A stretch of 64,000 bases of DNA from an uncultured Candidatus Rokubacteria bacterium (lineage in GTDB: Bacteria; Methylomirabilota; Methylomirabilia; Rokubacteriales; DASRDR01). Below, piece after piece: positions 1 through 11,150 of the stretch. The position numbers and the translations under genes are program-made. The stretch's first letter is position 1; each line of letters begins with the position of its first letter. Where the stretch lies: contig CAVPSB010000031.1 of NCBI GenBank assembly GCA_963708025.1, forward strand, positions 288,001-352,000, written 5' to 3'. Below the pieces are notes generated by a model. It did not search any database and was not told the DNA's origin. It saw only the letters and a program-made list of their open reading frames with translations.

Positions 1-1797
1 GAGACGGGTCCCGACCTGTTCCGGCGTGATGGTCACCGGATCGACCCACCCGCCGGCCCGCTGCCGGGCCACCTTCCGGCAGAGGGACGCGATCTCCCGC
101 TCCAGGTTCCGGACGCCTGCCTCTCGGGTGTAGCTCCGCGCCAGGAGGCGCAGGGCGTCGTCGGTGAAGGCGATGTCCCGGTCGAGCGCGAGGCCGTGCT
201 CGCGCGCCTGCTTCGGACACAGGTGGCGGCGGGCGATCTGGATCTTCTCCTCCTCGGTATAGCCCGCCAGGTTGATCACCTCCATCCGGTCGCGCAGGGC
301 CGGCGGGATGGGATCCAGCAGGTTGGCCGTCGTGATGAAGAGGATCCGCGACAGGTCGAACGCCACGTCGAGGTAGTGGTCCCGGAACGTCGCGTTCTGC
401 TCGGGGTCCAGCACCTCGAGGAGGGCCGCCGCCGGGTCCCCCCGGAAGTCATGGCCCAGCTTGTCCACCTCGTCGAGCATGAAGACGGGGTTCCGCGATT
501 CGGCGCGGCGAACCCCCTGGATGATCTGACCCGGCAGCGCCCCGATGTACGTCCGCCGGTGCCCGCGGATCTCCGCCTCGTCGCGCATGCCGCCCAGCGA
601 GATCCGGTGGAACGTACGTCCAAGGGCACGGGCGATGGAGCGGCCGAGCGAGGTCTTCCCGACGCCCGGCGGACCCACGAAGCAGATGATCGGCTCCTTC
701 CCGTCCGGCCGGATCTTCCGCACCGCCAGGTGCTCGAGGATCCGGTCCTTGATCTTCTCCAGCCCCCAGTGGTCCTCGTCGAGCACGGCCCCGGCCCGCT
801 CGAGGTCGATCGCGTCGCCGGTCTCCTTCCGCCAGGGCAGGGAGACGAGCCACTCCAGATAGGTCCGGGCCACGGTGTACTCGGCGGCTGCCGGCGGCAT
901 CTTGGCGAGCCGGTCCAGCTCCCGGAGAGCCTCCCGATGGGCCTCTTCCGACATGCCGGCCGCCTCGACCTTCTGCCGCAGGTCCTCGAGCTCCTGGGTG
1001 CGCTCGTCGCCCTCCCCGAGCTCCTTCTGGATGGCCTTCATCTGCTCGCGGAGGTAGTACTCCCGCTGCGTCTTCGTCATCTCGCTCTGGATCTGGGACT
1101 GGATCCGGGATCCCAGCTCGAGGACTTCGGCCTCCTTGACCAGGGCCGCCACCAGGGTCTTGAGACGCACCTTGACCTCCGGCGTCTCGAGGAGCGCCTG
1201 CTTGCTCTCGGCGGTCAGGGAGGGCAGCACGGCCGCGATGGCGTCAGCCATCCGGCCGGCGTCCTCGGCTCCGGACACCAGCGTCACCAGCTCGTCGGCC
1301 AGCATCGGCGACAGCTCGACGATCCGCCGGAACAGGGACAGGGCCTGCCGGCCGAGCGCCTCGGCTTCGAGGTCATCGGGCGCCGGCACACGGCTTGGCA
1401 GCCGCTCGATCCGCGCCTTGAAATAGGGAACCGCCTGGGTGAACTCGGCGATCCGGAAGCGCTCCAGGCCCTGGACCACCAGCCGGACCGTGCCGTCCGG
1501 CTGCTTGAGCATCTTGTGGATCACCGCGACCGTCCCGATGGCGTGCAGCTCGTGCGCCGCCGGCGTCTCCTGGGCGGCGTCCCGCTGGGTCACCACGCCG
1601 ATCAGCCGCGGCCCCAGCACCGCCTCGTCCACCAGGTGGACCGACGAGGAGCGGGCGACCGCCAGCGGCAGCACCGCCTGCGGGAACAGCACGGTCTCCC
1701 GGAGCGGGAGGACCGGCAGCTCCTCGGGAGTGCCCAGGCGAACCTCGGGTGCGGCCTCGGCCTCTTTCGTCCGAATTGCGCTGCCCGGCTCGCTCAT
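1..1797 (-). CDS. lon: ATP-dependent Lon protease (3' end runs off the window)
   Basis: Read on the minus strand from ATG 1797: LPVLPLRETVLFP (Lon N-domain), Walker A GPPGVGKTS, HRRTYIGALPG, Walker B MLDEVDK, LEVLDPEQN. ATGA overlap with the upstream gene. Not in the ORF track because it is open at the edge. Confidence 0.95.
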   Translation of the reverse strand, partial: MSEPGSAIRTKEAEAAPEVRLGTPEELPVLPLRETVLFPQAVLPLAVARSSSVHLVDEAVLGPRLIGVVTQRDAAQETPAAHELHAIGTVAVIHKMLKQPDGTVRLVVQGLERFRIAEFTQAVPYFKARIERLPSRVPAPDDLEAEALGRQALSLFRRIVELSPMLADELVTLVSGAEDAGRMADAIAAVLPSLTAESKQALLETPEVKVRLKTLVAALVKEAEVLELGSRIQSQIQSEMTKTQREYYLREQMKAIQKELGEGDERTQELEDLRQKVEAAGMSEEAHREALRELDRLAKMPPAAAEYTVARTYLEWLVSLPWRKETGDAIDLERAGAVLDEDHWGLEKIKDRILEHLAVRKIRPDGKEPIICFVGPPGVGKTSLGRSIARALGRTFHRISLGGMRDEAEIRGHRRTYIGALPGQIIQGVRRAESRNPVFMLDEVDKLGHDFRGDPAAALLEVLDPEQNATFRDHYLDVAFDLSRILFITTANLLDPIPPALRDRMEVINLAGYTEEEKIQIARRHLCPKQAREHGLALDRDIAFTDDALRLLARSYTREAGVRNLEREIASLCRKVARQRAGGWVDPVTITPEQVGTRL

Positions 1798-2288
1798 GTC
1801 ACTTCTTCGGCCACGCTGCGGCTCCGGACGGCACCGATCTCCGGGCGGGACTGGTCGCGCTCCCACGCTTCCTGGCAACGGGTGCAGCGGACCGCGAACG
1901 GATGGGCGCGAAGCCGGAGGACGTTGATGGGCTCCTCGCACACCTCGCACCGCCCGTAGTTCCCCTCGTCCATCTTCTTCAGCGCGAGATTGATCTGACC
2001 CAGCATCGCGGCGCGCCGGTCGGCCACCGCGAACCCCATCTCGTCGTCGGGACTCAGCGCCGGTCGGTCCCCGAACGGGGTCCCCTCGATCTTTTCCCGC
2101 TGAGCGCCGTCCCGCCGACCTTCGCGCTCCTCGCGCAGCTTGGTGATCAGCTCGTCCCGCTTGCTCAGAAGCATCGCCCGGAGTTCGGCCTGGACCGCGG
2201 CCGGGCTCTTCGTCTCGGCCGGGGCTTTGGCCGTCCGGGATCCGGTCCGCGCGGGGGCCGAGCTCTTCACAGGACGTGATCGCGGCAT
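1794..2288 (-). CDS. TraR/DksA-family C4 zinc-finger transcription factor
   Basis: GNYGRCEVCEEPI..RLRAHPFAVRCTRCQ C4 finger after a coiled coil; GGAGGAGG SD before ATG 2288. Confidence 0.88.
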   Translation of the reverse strand: MPRSRPVKSSAPARTGSRTAKAPAETKSPAAVQAELRAMLLSKRDELITKLREEREGRRDGAQREKIEGTPFGDRPALSPDDEMGFAVADRRAAMLGQINLALKKMDEGNYGRCEVCEEPINVLRLRAHPFAVRCTRCQEAWERDQSRPEIGAVRSRSVAEEVT

Positions 2289-2337
2289 CGTGCCTCCTCC
2301 GTTGAGTCGTAGGCGTCCAGGGCGAAGGCGTGATCCA

Positions 2338-2721
2338 TCAGAAGACATCGAGCTTGCGCAGCCGTCGGTCGGCTACCCGCACGAGCGCCGCCTCCTGGGC
2401 GGGCTCGGTCCGCGGACCGGCTCCCGGCTGCTGCCGGACGTACGCCGCCAATTCCTCCAGCTCCTCCTGCATGGCCAGCATCTGACGCCTCATCCTTAAG
2501 ATGATCTCGACCCCTGCCAGATTCACGCCAAGGTCGCGAGTGAGGCGGAGGACCCGCCGAATGTCCTCCACATCCTCCTCCGAGTACATGCGCGTTCGCC
2601 CGACCGTCCGGCTCGGACGGATCAAGCCCTTCCGCTCGTGGAGCCGGAGCGTCTGGGGGTGAATCTTGAGCATGTCGGCCACCACTCCGATCAAGTACAG
2701 GGGCTTCCCCGGATCGCTCAT
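2338..2721 (-). CDS. hspR: MerR-family heat-shock repressor HspR
   Basis: YLIGVVADMLKIHPQTLRLHERKGLIRPSRTVGRTRMYS...GVNLAGVEIIL; directly downstream of dnaJ. Confidence 0.88.
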   Translation of the reverse strand: MSDPGKPLYLIGVVADMLKIHPQTLRLHERKGLIRPSRTVGRTRMYSEEDVEDIRRVLRLTRDLGVNLAGVEIILRMRRQMLAMQEELEELAAYVRQQPGAGPRTEPAQEAALVRVADRRLRKLDVF

Positions 2722-3731
2722 CGTTCGACTCCTCGGGCCCACAACGCCGCCCGTGGATCCTCGGGCAGCAGTCGCTGCAGGGCGCGCAGGACCTCTTCCA
2801 GGGTCGAGTCCGCGTTGCGGGGGATCGTGACCCGGGCCTCGACGAACAGGTCGCCCCGCCCGTCCCGGTCGAGCCGGGGACAGCCCTTCCCACGGAGCCG
2901 GAACACCTGGCCGCTCTGGGTGCCGGCCGGCATCGTGAGGATCGCCGGCCCCTCCAGGGTCGGCACCTGGATCCGCGCCCCCAGCGCCGCTTCCGGAATC
3001 GTGATCGGCACCTCGCAGTAGAGGTTGTCCCCCTTCCGGGTGAAGAACGGATGCGCGCGCACCCGCGTGATGACCAGCAGGTCTCCCGACAGTCCCGGGG
3101 ACCGCGCGGCGTGGCCCGCGCCGGGTACCCGGATCTGCGACCCGGTGTCAACGCCCGGTGGGATGTGGACCGTCACGCGGACCTCCCTGGGCACCGTGCC
3201 CCGGCCCGCGCATCCCGGGCAAGGTTCCGGAGCCTGCCAGCCCGCCCCGCCGCACGCTGCGCAGCGGATGGTCGAACGGCCTCCGGGCTCGATGGACCGG
3301 ACAGCCTGGCCACCGCACTCGCCGCAGCGGGTCATCCCGCGCCCCTCGACCCCGCCGGTTCCCTGGCAGCCTGGACACGGCGCCTGCCCGGTGACGTCCA
3401 CCACCGCCGAGATGCCGCGGAGGGCGTCCTCGAACTCGATCTCGACCGGACAATGCAGGTCGTCGCCGCGGAGGTCCCGCGCCGCGACCGGCTCGCTGGC
3501 GGCCTCGAACGCCCGATGGCCGAGGCGGTCGTACAGGGCTCGGGACGCCGGTTCGGCCAGCACCCGGTAGGCCTCGCTGATCTCCGCGAAGACCTCGCCC
3601 GCCCTATCGTCCCAGACGTTGATGTCGGGTGAGCACTGGCGGGCCAGGCGCCGGTACGCCTGCCGGATCACCTGACCCGTGGCCTCGCGTGGAACCCCGA
3701 GGATGTCGTAGTAATCTCGCTTCCGCATCAC
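2718..3731 (-). CDS. dnaJ: DnaJ-family co-chaperone (J domain with SPD instead of HPD, four CxxCxGxG-type motifs, C-terminal domain)
   Basis: KRDYYDILGV, CPGCQGTG/CGECGGQA/CAACGGAG/CPGCAGRG, IPPGVDTG, AALGARIQVPTLEG. Confidence 0.9.
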   Translation of the reverse strand: MMRKRDYYDILGVPREATGQVIRQAYRRLARQCSPDINVWDDRAGEVFAEISEAYRVLAEPASRALYDRLGHRAFEAASEPVAARDLRGDDLHCPVEIEFEDALRGISAVVDVTGQAPCPGCQGTGGVEGRGMTRCGECGGQAVRSIEPGGRSTIRCAACGGAGWQAPEPCPGCAGRGTVPREVRVTVHIPPGVDTGSQIRVPGAGHAARSPGLSGDLLVITRVRAHPFFTRKGDNLYCEVPITIPEAALGARIQVPTLEGPAILTMPAGTQSGQVFRLRGKGCPRLDRDGRGDLFVEARVTIPRNADSTLEEVLRALQRLLPEDPRAALWARGVER

Positions 3732-3820
3732 AACCGCCCCGGGATCTCCTCTCCCGACTCAACTCCCCAGGCTTCTCGCAATGCCTTGGCTCCCGGCCTC
3801 ACGGCCACGGCTCTCCACTC

Positions 3821-3886
3821 CGAGCCGCGGCTTCTCCGCGGCCTCCGAGGGGGGGGGCATCGGGGGGTCTTCCGAGACCCCCGAAG
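3821..3886 (+). repeat. REP-like double-hairpin element, family A, copy 1
   Basis: GCCGCGG-CTTCT-CCGCGGC ... GGGGGGTCT-TCCG-AGACCCCC; recurs at 52691, 55021 and 62336 (inverted). Confidence 0.85.
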
Positions 3887-3889
3887 AAC

Positions 3890-3983
3890 TCAGTTCGAGA
3901 CCTCCCGCCCACCCCCCAGCCCCCCTCCCCCACCCACCGGGGGGAGGGGGGAGCCGGAGGGACCCGATTCCTTCACGGCGCTC

Positions 3984-3987
<4 letters not shown>
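3890..3987 (-). mobile_element. Small MITE/REP-like element, family B, copy 1, bounded by CTGA direct repeats; one coincides with the dnaK stop codon
   Basis: Aligns by eye end to end with 57749-57866; internal CCCCCTCCCC...GGGGAGGGGG hairpin. Confidence 0.65.
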
Positions 3988-5897
<1,910 letters not shown>

Positions 5898-6024
5898 GTC
5901 TCCGCTCTCCTTCGTGGTCTGTCTCTGACTGCACTTCCAGGAGGTCACGGAAGGGATCCAGCAACTCGAGCCGAATCGGTCGCCAACGCTCCACGCCCAT
6001 TTGCGTCCTCCTGAGGAACTGAGT

Positions 6025-6045
6025 ATTGAGTCATCTGTACGTATA
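6025..6045. promoter_or_regulatory. Candidate HspR operator (HAIR-like) overlapping the dnaK -10 box
   Basis: ATTGAGT-N7-ACGTATA versus HAIR consensus CTTGAGT-N7-ACTCAAG; one good half-site, one poor. Confidence 0.45.
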
Positions 6046-6068
6046 TCAGGTGATATGGTGACTGTCAA
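6040..6068 (-). promoter_or_regulatory. sigma70-type promoter of the dnaK operon
   Basis: Minus strand TTGACA-17 nt-TATACG with an extended TGn. Confidence 0.7.
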
Positions 6069-6095
6069 GTCAGTGGTGATTCCGCATGTTGTGTC

Positions 6096-6124
6096 TTGAT
6101 TCGCTACGCTACGCGGGATATTGT
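6096..6124 (+). promoter_or_regulatory. Divergent sigma70-type promoter, probably giving a leaderless mRNA
   Basis: TTGATT-17 nt-TATTGT, 6 nt before GTG 6131, no SD. Confidence 0.5.
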
Positions 6125-6130
6125 GGGCCC

Positions 6131-6761
6131 GTGAAGCTCCGAGGGTCGGGGATTGCCGTACCTCTCCTGCTGGCTGGCCTGGCTGCGGTGGGCGGCGGAC
6201 TGCTGGCGATGCGCCTCCTGGCTCAGCCCGACGCGGGGCTGGTCTCGCCCGCCCCGGGATCTAGCGCGCGCGTCCAGCAGGCGCTCGGCGAGCTGGTGAT
6301 GCGGGCCACGGGGGTGTCGAGTCGCAGCGAGCCCCTGGTGCTGACCTCCGGTGACCTCAACGAGTTCCTGGCCCGGCACGTCGAAAGCCGGAGGCTGTCG
6401 CTCCGGCCGCTCCTGGTCCAGGCGGGGGAGGACGAGCTCCAGCTGACGGGTCGGACCTCCCTGGGGCAACTCACCGGTCGGTCCTGGATCCGGACGGTCC
6501 TCACGTGGCTCCCGGCCGGCGTCCGCGACCTCGATCTCTGGGTCTCGGTGCAGGGACGCCTCGTCGCTGCGTCAGGGGGAGCTGGAGTTCGCCGTCCAGC
6601 GAACCACGCTGGGGCGGCAGCCGGTGCCGCCCACCTGGCTATGGCAGGCTCTGGATTTCGACCCGCGGGAACAGCTTCGCTGGCGGTTGCCCCGGGTGGT
6701 CGAGCGGATCGAGGTCAGGCCGGGCCAGCTGGTCATCTATACCCGCCACCACGGCCGCTAA
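6131..6761 (+). CDS. Membrane-anchored hypothetical protein; apparent extra base in the G-run near 6575-6579 (probable sequencing indel)
   Basis: N-terminal TM. Removing one G joins ..RLVAASG to [40 protein letters not shown] at 6759-6761. Confidence 0.6.
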
Positions 6762-6799
6762 CGGGGCGGGGCAGCTCCGGGCGCCGGTCGAGAGCCGGG

Positions 6800-7216
6800 T
6801 TATCGGCCCGGGCGGCTCGCGCGGACGAACGCCATGCGCAGCGTGGCGAGGATCTCCTCGAGGACGCCCGACTCCTCGGGTGTCCGATTGCCCTCGGTCT
6901 TCTCCCGCAGCATGCCGAGCAGGTCGATGGTGAACTGAGCCTGCTCGAGATCGCGATGCGGCTGCCCCGTCACGGGATCGGGCACCTGGCCGAGATGCAC
7001 GAGGGCCTCGCTGTAGAGCATGACGAGGAACGAGGCCAGATCGGCCCGGGCGGGTCCGCCGGCCGGCGCGGCCGGCTCGGGGCGCGGTGGCGCGGTGGCG
7101 CTCGCGCGCGCCGACGGCGCGGCGGGGGGCGGACCCGGCGGCGCTGTCACCTCGTCCTCCGCGCGGCGCCGGCGATCGACGAAAGTGAATCCGGGCTCGG
7201 GCTCTCGATCCGGCAC
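6800..7216 (-). CDS. DUF1844-family protein
   Basis: GFTFVDRRR N-terminus; ALVHLGQVPDPVTG..DLEQAQFTIDLLGMLREKTEGNRTPEE; AGGAGG before GTG 7216. Confidence 0.85.
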   Translation of the reverse strand: MPDREPEPGFTFVDRRRRAEDEVTAPPGPPPAAPSARASATAPPRPEPAAPAGGPARADLASFLVMLYSEALVHLGQVPDPVTGQPHRDLEQAQFTIDLLGMLREKTEGNRTPEESGVLEEILATLRMAFVRASRPGR

Positions 7217-7414
7217 GCTGTACCTCCTGGAGGCAGGACGCCTGCGGGTGCGCTCGGCGCGGCGGTCTTCACCGTAGCACACGGCCTCCGGGACGGCAAG
7301 GAAGGCGGGATCCCCGGGTCATCCGCGATCCGGGACGCGGCTGGTCGCCCGGCGCCCACCGGCGCGGGCGCTGGTGGAGGCGGGCGGGGGGCTCCGAGTA
7401 TAATGGGGCCACCG

Positions 7415-8207
7415 ATGCGGAGCCCCGACGCCGGTCAGCGCTTCGTGGAGTTGCTCTCCCTCATGGCCCGGCTGCGGGGCGAGGGGGGATGCCCCTGGGA
7501 TCGGGAGCAGACACGGAAGACGCTCCGCCCTTTCCTCGTCGAGGAGACCTACGAAGTCCTCGAGGCCCTCGACACCGGCGAATCGGCCCGGATCATGGAG
7601 GAGTTGGGGGACCTGCTCTTTCAGGTCGTGTTCCATGTCGAGATCGCCCGAGAGCGCGCCGAGTTCTCGATGGCCGACCTGCTGGTCGCGCTCGTTCGAC
7701 AAGATGGTACGTCGCCACCCGCACGTCTTCGGCGACCGCACGGTCGGCAGCGCCAGTGAGGCCCTGACCCAGTGGGAGGCGATCAAGCAGGCCGAAGGGG
7801 GCCCGGGCCGCTCGGCGCTCCACGGGATCCCCAGGGGCCTGCCCGGTCTGCTGCGGGCCCAGCGGATCCAGCATCGTGCCTCGCGCGTCGGTTTCGATTG
7901 GCAAGACCCGATGGCCGCTCTGGACAAGGTCCGGGAAGAGGTGGGGGAGCTCGGGGCCGCGCTGCAGGAGGGTGACGACGCGGCGATCCAGCACGAGACG
8001 GGGGATCTCCTGTTCGCCGTCGTCAATGTGGCCCGCCTCGCTCAGGTGGATCCCGAAACGGCGCTGCAGGACGCCATCGAGCGGTTTCGCGCGCGGTTCC
8101 GGCACATGGAGGGCGCGGCGCAGGAAGGCGGCCGCGAGCTCCGCTCCCTGACCCTCGACGAGATGGAGCGGTTGTGGATGGAGGCCAAGGCCCAGGAGCC
8201 TCGCTGA
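7415..8207 (+). CDS. mazG: Nucleoside triphosphate pyrophosphohydrolase MazG; apparent extra base near 7695 (probable indel)
   Basis: [33 protein letters not shown] in one frame; [30 protein letters not shown] in the next; TATAAT at 7399-7404. Confidence 0.88.
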
Positions 8208-8322
8208 CCGGCGAGGGCAATCGGCGGCTCTCCATTCCCGGCGGCTTTCGACTGCCCGACTAGGACGAGTCGAGGGCAATCCCGAGCCGCACACCAGCCC
8301 AGGAGGTCTGAGGAGAGGCGGG

Positions 8323-8868
8323 ATGAAGGTCAGGGTCGGCCAGACGGACGTCATCCTCGATCGCGGGGACATCACCGAGTACGAGGTGGACGCCATCGTC
8401 AATGCCGCGAACAACCAACTCTGGATGGGCGCCGGGGTGGCCGGCGCGATCAAGCGGAAGGGCGGCACCATCATCGAGGAGGACGCCGTCCGACAAGGGC
8501 CGATCGAGGTCGGCGAGGCGGTGGTGACGACGGCCGGCAACCTGCCGGCCAGCTATGTCATCCACGCCGCCGTCATGGGCCAGGATCTCGCCTCGAGTCC
8601 GGAAATCGTGCGGCAGGCGACGCTGGCCGCCCTGCGCCGGGCCGAGGAGATGCGGCTCGGGAGCGTCGCCTTTCCGGCCTTCGGCACCGGCGTCGGACGC
8701 ATGGCGCCCAAGGACTCGGCCGAGGCGATGGTCGCCGGACTCCGGACGCACCTCATCGAGGTTCCCGGCTCCAGCCTGCGTCGCGTGCACATCGTCCTGT
8801 TCCAGGACGACATCCTGCGGGCCTTCATGGCGGCCCTCGGCCTCGGCGGCGCCCGGCGCGCCGGGTGA
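8323..8868 (+). CDS. Macro domain protein (ADP-ribose binding/hydrolase, YmdB-like)
   Basis: [45 protein letters not shown]. Confidence 0.93.
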   Translation: MKVRVGQTDVILDRGDITEYEVDAIVNAANNQLWMGAGVAGAIKRKGGTIIEEDAVRQGPIEVGEAVVTTAGNLPASYVIHAAVMGQDLASSPEIVRQATLAALRRAEEMRLGSVAFPAFGTGVGRMAPKDSAEAMVAGLRTHLIEVPGSSLRRVHIVLFQDDILRAFMAALGLGGARRAG

Positions 8869-8873
8869 CCGCG

Positions 8874-8889
8874 TGGCACAGCGGTTGCA
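8874..8889 (+). promoter_or_regulatory. sigma54 (-24/-12) promoter of the REC-pilB-pilT-pilC operon
   Basis: TGGCACAGCGGTTGCA, near-perfect match to TGGCAC-N5-TTGCW. Confidence 0.8.
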
Positions 8890-8972
8890 TCGGCCCCGGG
8901 AGGTGGCCGGCGCGAAAAAGACTACCTCCCCCCGCCAGGTGGCGGCGAAGATGAGGGCCACGCTGATTTCCC

Positions 8973-9350
8973 ATGGCTAAGATCCTCGTTGCCGACGACG
9001 CTCCGGCGGTCCTGGACGTCCTCCACGATGCTCTCAGCAACGCGGGGCATCAAGTTGTTCGGGCGGCGAGCGGGGGCGAGGCGCTCCGGAAGTTCCAGGA
9101 TGCGCGGCCCGAGCTCGCCGTGATCGACATCATGATGCCGGACATGGACGGGCTGGTGGTTCTCGAGGGGATCCGCAGGATCGACGGCGAGGTTCCGGTG
9201 ATCCTGATCACGGGGATCGTCGGGGAAGGGGTCACGCGGCAGGTCGAGCATTACCGTTCCGTGGCGTTCTTCGAGAAGGGAACGGGACTCGATCGGTTCG
9301 TCGAACTGGTCAACAAAACGCTTGGTGTACCCGGCAGGCCCGGGTCATAA
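8973..9350 (+). CDS. Single-domain response regulator (REC)
   Basis: KILVADD, DIMMPDMDG, ITG, conserved K. Confidence 0.9.
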   Translation: MAKILVADDAPAVLDVLHDALSNAGHQVVRAASGGEALRKFQDARPELAVIDIMMPDMDGLVVLEGIRRIDGEVPVILITGIVGEGVTRQVEHYRSVAFFEKGTGLDRFVELVNKTLGVPGRPGS

Positions 9351-9408
9351 TGCCCCCCTTTCCGCTCAGAACTGCCGTCGGTGAACGGGGAGGGGTCCGC
9401 TAGCTGCC

Positions 9409-11115
9409 ATGAACCCGCGTCTGCTCGAGCTGCTCGTCAAGGAGAATCTGCTGACCGCCGACGACGCCCAGAAGGCGACGGCGGAGCAGCGTCGGTCGAA
9501 CGAGCGTCTCGGCACCGTCCTCCGGCGTCTCGGCTTTCTGAGCGACGAGGACCTCCTCGATTTCCTGAGCCGCAAGTACGGCATCCCGGTCATCAACCTG
9601 CAGCGGGTGGAGGTGACCGAAGAGATCATCCGGCTCGTCAGGAAGGAGATCGTTCAGAAATACCAGGTGTTCCCGGTCCGCAAGGTCGGCAATACCCTGA
9701 CGCTCGCGCTCTCCGACCCCACCGTCGTCCTCGCCATCGACGACGTCCAGTTCGCCACCGGACTCCACGTGATTCCGGTCCTGGCCTCCGAGGCGGCCAT
9801 CAAGGAGGCCATCGACAAGTCGTACACCGACAGCACCGCCAAGCTCGACGAGCTGCTCCAGAAGGAGCAGCAGGTCGGCGCCGATGCCCTCGAGCTGGTC
9901 GACCGCTCCTCGTCCAAGGTCGATATCAGCGAGCTGGGAGAGGAGGCTGGCGAGGCGCCGGTCATCCGGTTCGTCAACCTGATCCTTGCCGACGCCATCC
10001 GCAAGCGGGGCTCGGACATCCACCTGGAACCCTACGAGAAGGTGTTCCGGGTGCGGTACCGCATCGACGGGGTGCTGCACGACGTGATGGCGCCGCCCAA
10101 GCAGATGGAGGCGGCGATCCTCTCCCGGGTCAAGATCATGGCGAACATGGACATCGCCGAGCGACGCCTGCCACAGGACGGGCGCATCTCGGTGAAGTTC
10201 TCGAACAAGGAGGTCGACCTCCGCGTCTCCTCGCTCCCGACGATCTTCGGCGAGAAGATCGTCATGCGCATCCTCGACAAGTCGGGCGTCGTGCTCGATC
10301 TCCAGAAGCTGGGCTTCGAGGCGGACGACCTGGAGCGCTTCAGCAAGATCATCCAGACGCCGTACGGGATGATCCTCGTCACGGGTCCCACCGGCAGCGG
10401 CAAGTCGACCACCCTCTACGCCGCGGTCTCGACCATCAACTCGGCCGAGATCAACATCATGACCGCGGAGGACCCGGTCGAGTACAACCTGCCCGGGGTC
10501 AACCAGGTTCACGTGCGGGACGACATCGGGATGAGCTTCCAAGTCGCCCTGCGCTCCTTCCTCCGGCAGGACCCGGACGTGATCCTGGTCGGTGAGATGC
10601 GCGACACGGAAACCGCGTCCATCGCCATCCGCGCCGCGCTGACCGGCCACCTGGTTTTTTCCACCCTCCACACGAACGATGCGCCGAGCACGGTGACGCG
10701 GCTCCTCGACATGGGCATCGTGCCCTTCCTCGTCTCCTCGTCGCTGCTGCTGGTGGTGGCCCAGCGTCTCTGCCGCCGGATCTGCGTCGAGTGCCGCGAG
10801 CAGATCGAGCTGCCGCTGTCGGTGCTGCTCGACGTCGGGTTCAAGCCGGAGGAGGCGGAAGGGATCAAGGTCTACAAGGGCCTGGGCTGCGGGAACTGCG
10901 CCAACACCGGGTACCGGGGCCGGATGGCGATCCACGAGATCCTCTACATCAACGCGGAGCTCCAGGAAGCGATCGTCAAGCTGCGGCCCGCGAACGAGCT
11001 CAAGGAAATCGCGACGAAGCACGGCATGCGGACCTTGCGCCAGGCCGGTCTGCGAAAAGTCGCGCTGGGCATGACCACCCTGGACGAGATCATCCGGGTG
11101 ACGTTCGCCGACTGA
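9409..11115 (+). CDS. pilB: Type IVa pilus extension ATPase PilB
   Basis: SDIHLEP, DIAERRLPQDG, GPTGSGKST, EDPVE, LRQDPD, tetracysteine motif, MshEN-like N-terminus. Confidence 0.96.
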   Translation: MNPRLLELLVKENLLTADDAQKATAEQRRSNERLGTVLRRLGFLSDEDLLDFLSRKYGIPVINLQRVEVTEEIIRLVRKEIVQKYQVFPVRKVGNTLTLALSDPTVVLAIDDVQFATGLHVIPVLASEAAIKEAIDKSYTDSTAKLDELLQKEQQVGADALELVDRSSSKVDISELGEEAGEAPVIRFVNLILADAIRKRGSDIHLEPYEKVFRVRYRIDGVLHDVMAPPKQMEAAILSRVKIMANMDIAERRLPQDGRISVKFSNKEVDLRVSSLPTIFGEKIVMRILDKSGVVLDLQKLGFEADDLERFSKIIQTPYGMILVTGPTGSGKSTTLYAAVSTINSAEINIMTAEDPVEYNLPGVNQVHVRDDIGMSFQVALRSFLRQDPDVILVGEMRDTETASIAIRAALTGHLVFSTLHTNDAPSTVTRLLDMGIVPFLVSSSLLLVVAQRLCRRICVECREQIELPLSVLLDVGFKPEEAEGIKVYKGLGCGNCANTGYRGRMAIHEILYINAELQEAIVKLRPANELKEIATKHGMRTLRQAGLRKVALGMTTLDEIIRVTFAD

Positions 11116-11150
11116 GTCGCCGGCTGCTGCGACAGGGGGAGGGCTGATCC

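Noticed and set aside
196-1959. 587-aa plus-strand ORF, and similar long shadow ORFs opposite dnaK, pilB, pilC, pilQ, aroB and accC
   Set aside because: Antisense to clearly recognisable genes; typical high-GC shadow frames.
5898-6130. CIRCE/HrcA operator upstream of dnaK
   Set aside because: TTAGCACTC-N9-GAGTGCTAA is not present.
7690-7700. Programmed frameshift in mazG
   Set aside because: No slippery heptamer or stimulatory structure; matches the window's indel pattern.
6086-7759. 557-aa ORF as one protein
   Set aside because: Chimera caused by an indel: a membrane-protein N-terminus, read-through across the antisense DUF1844 gene, and the MazG N-half.
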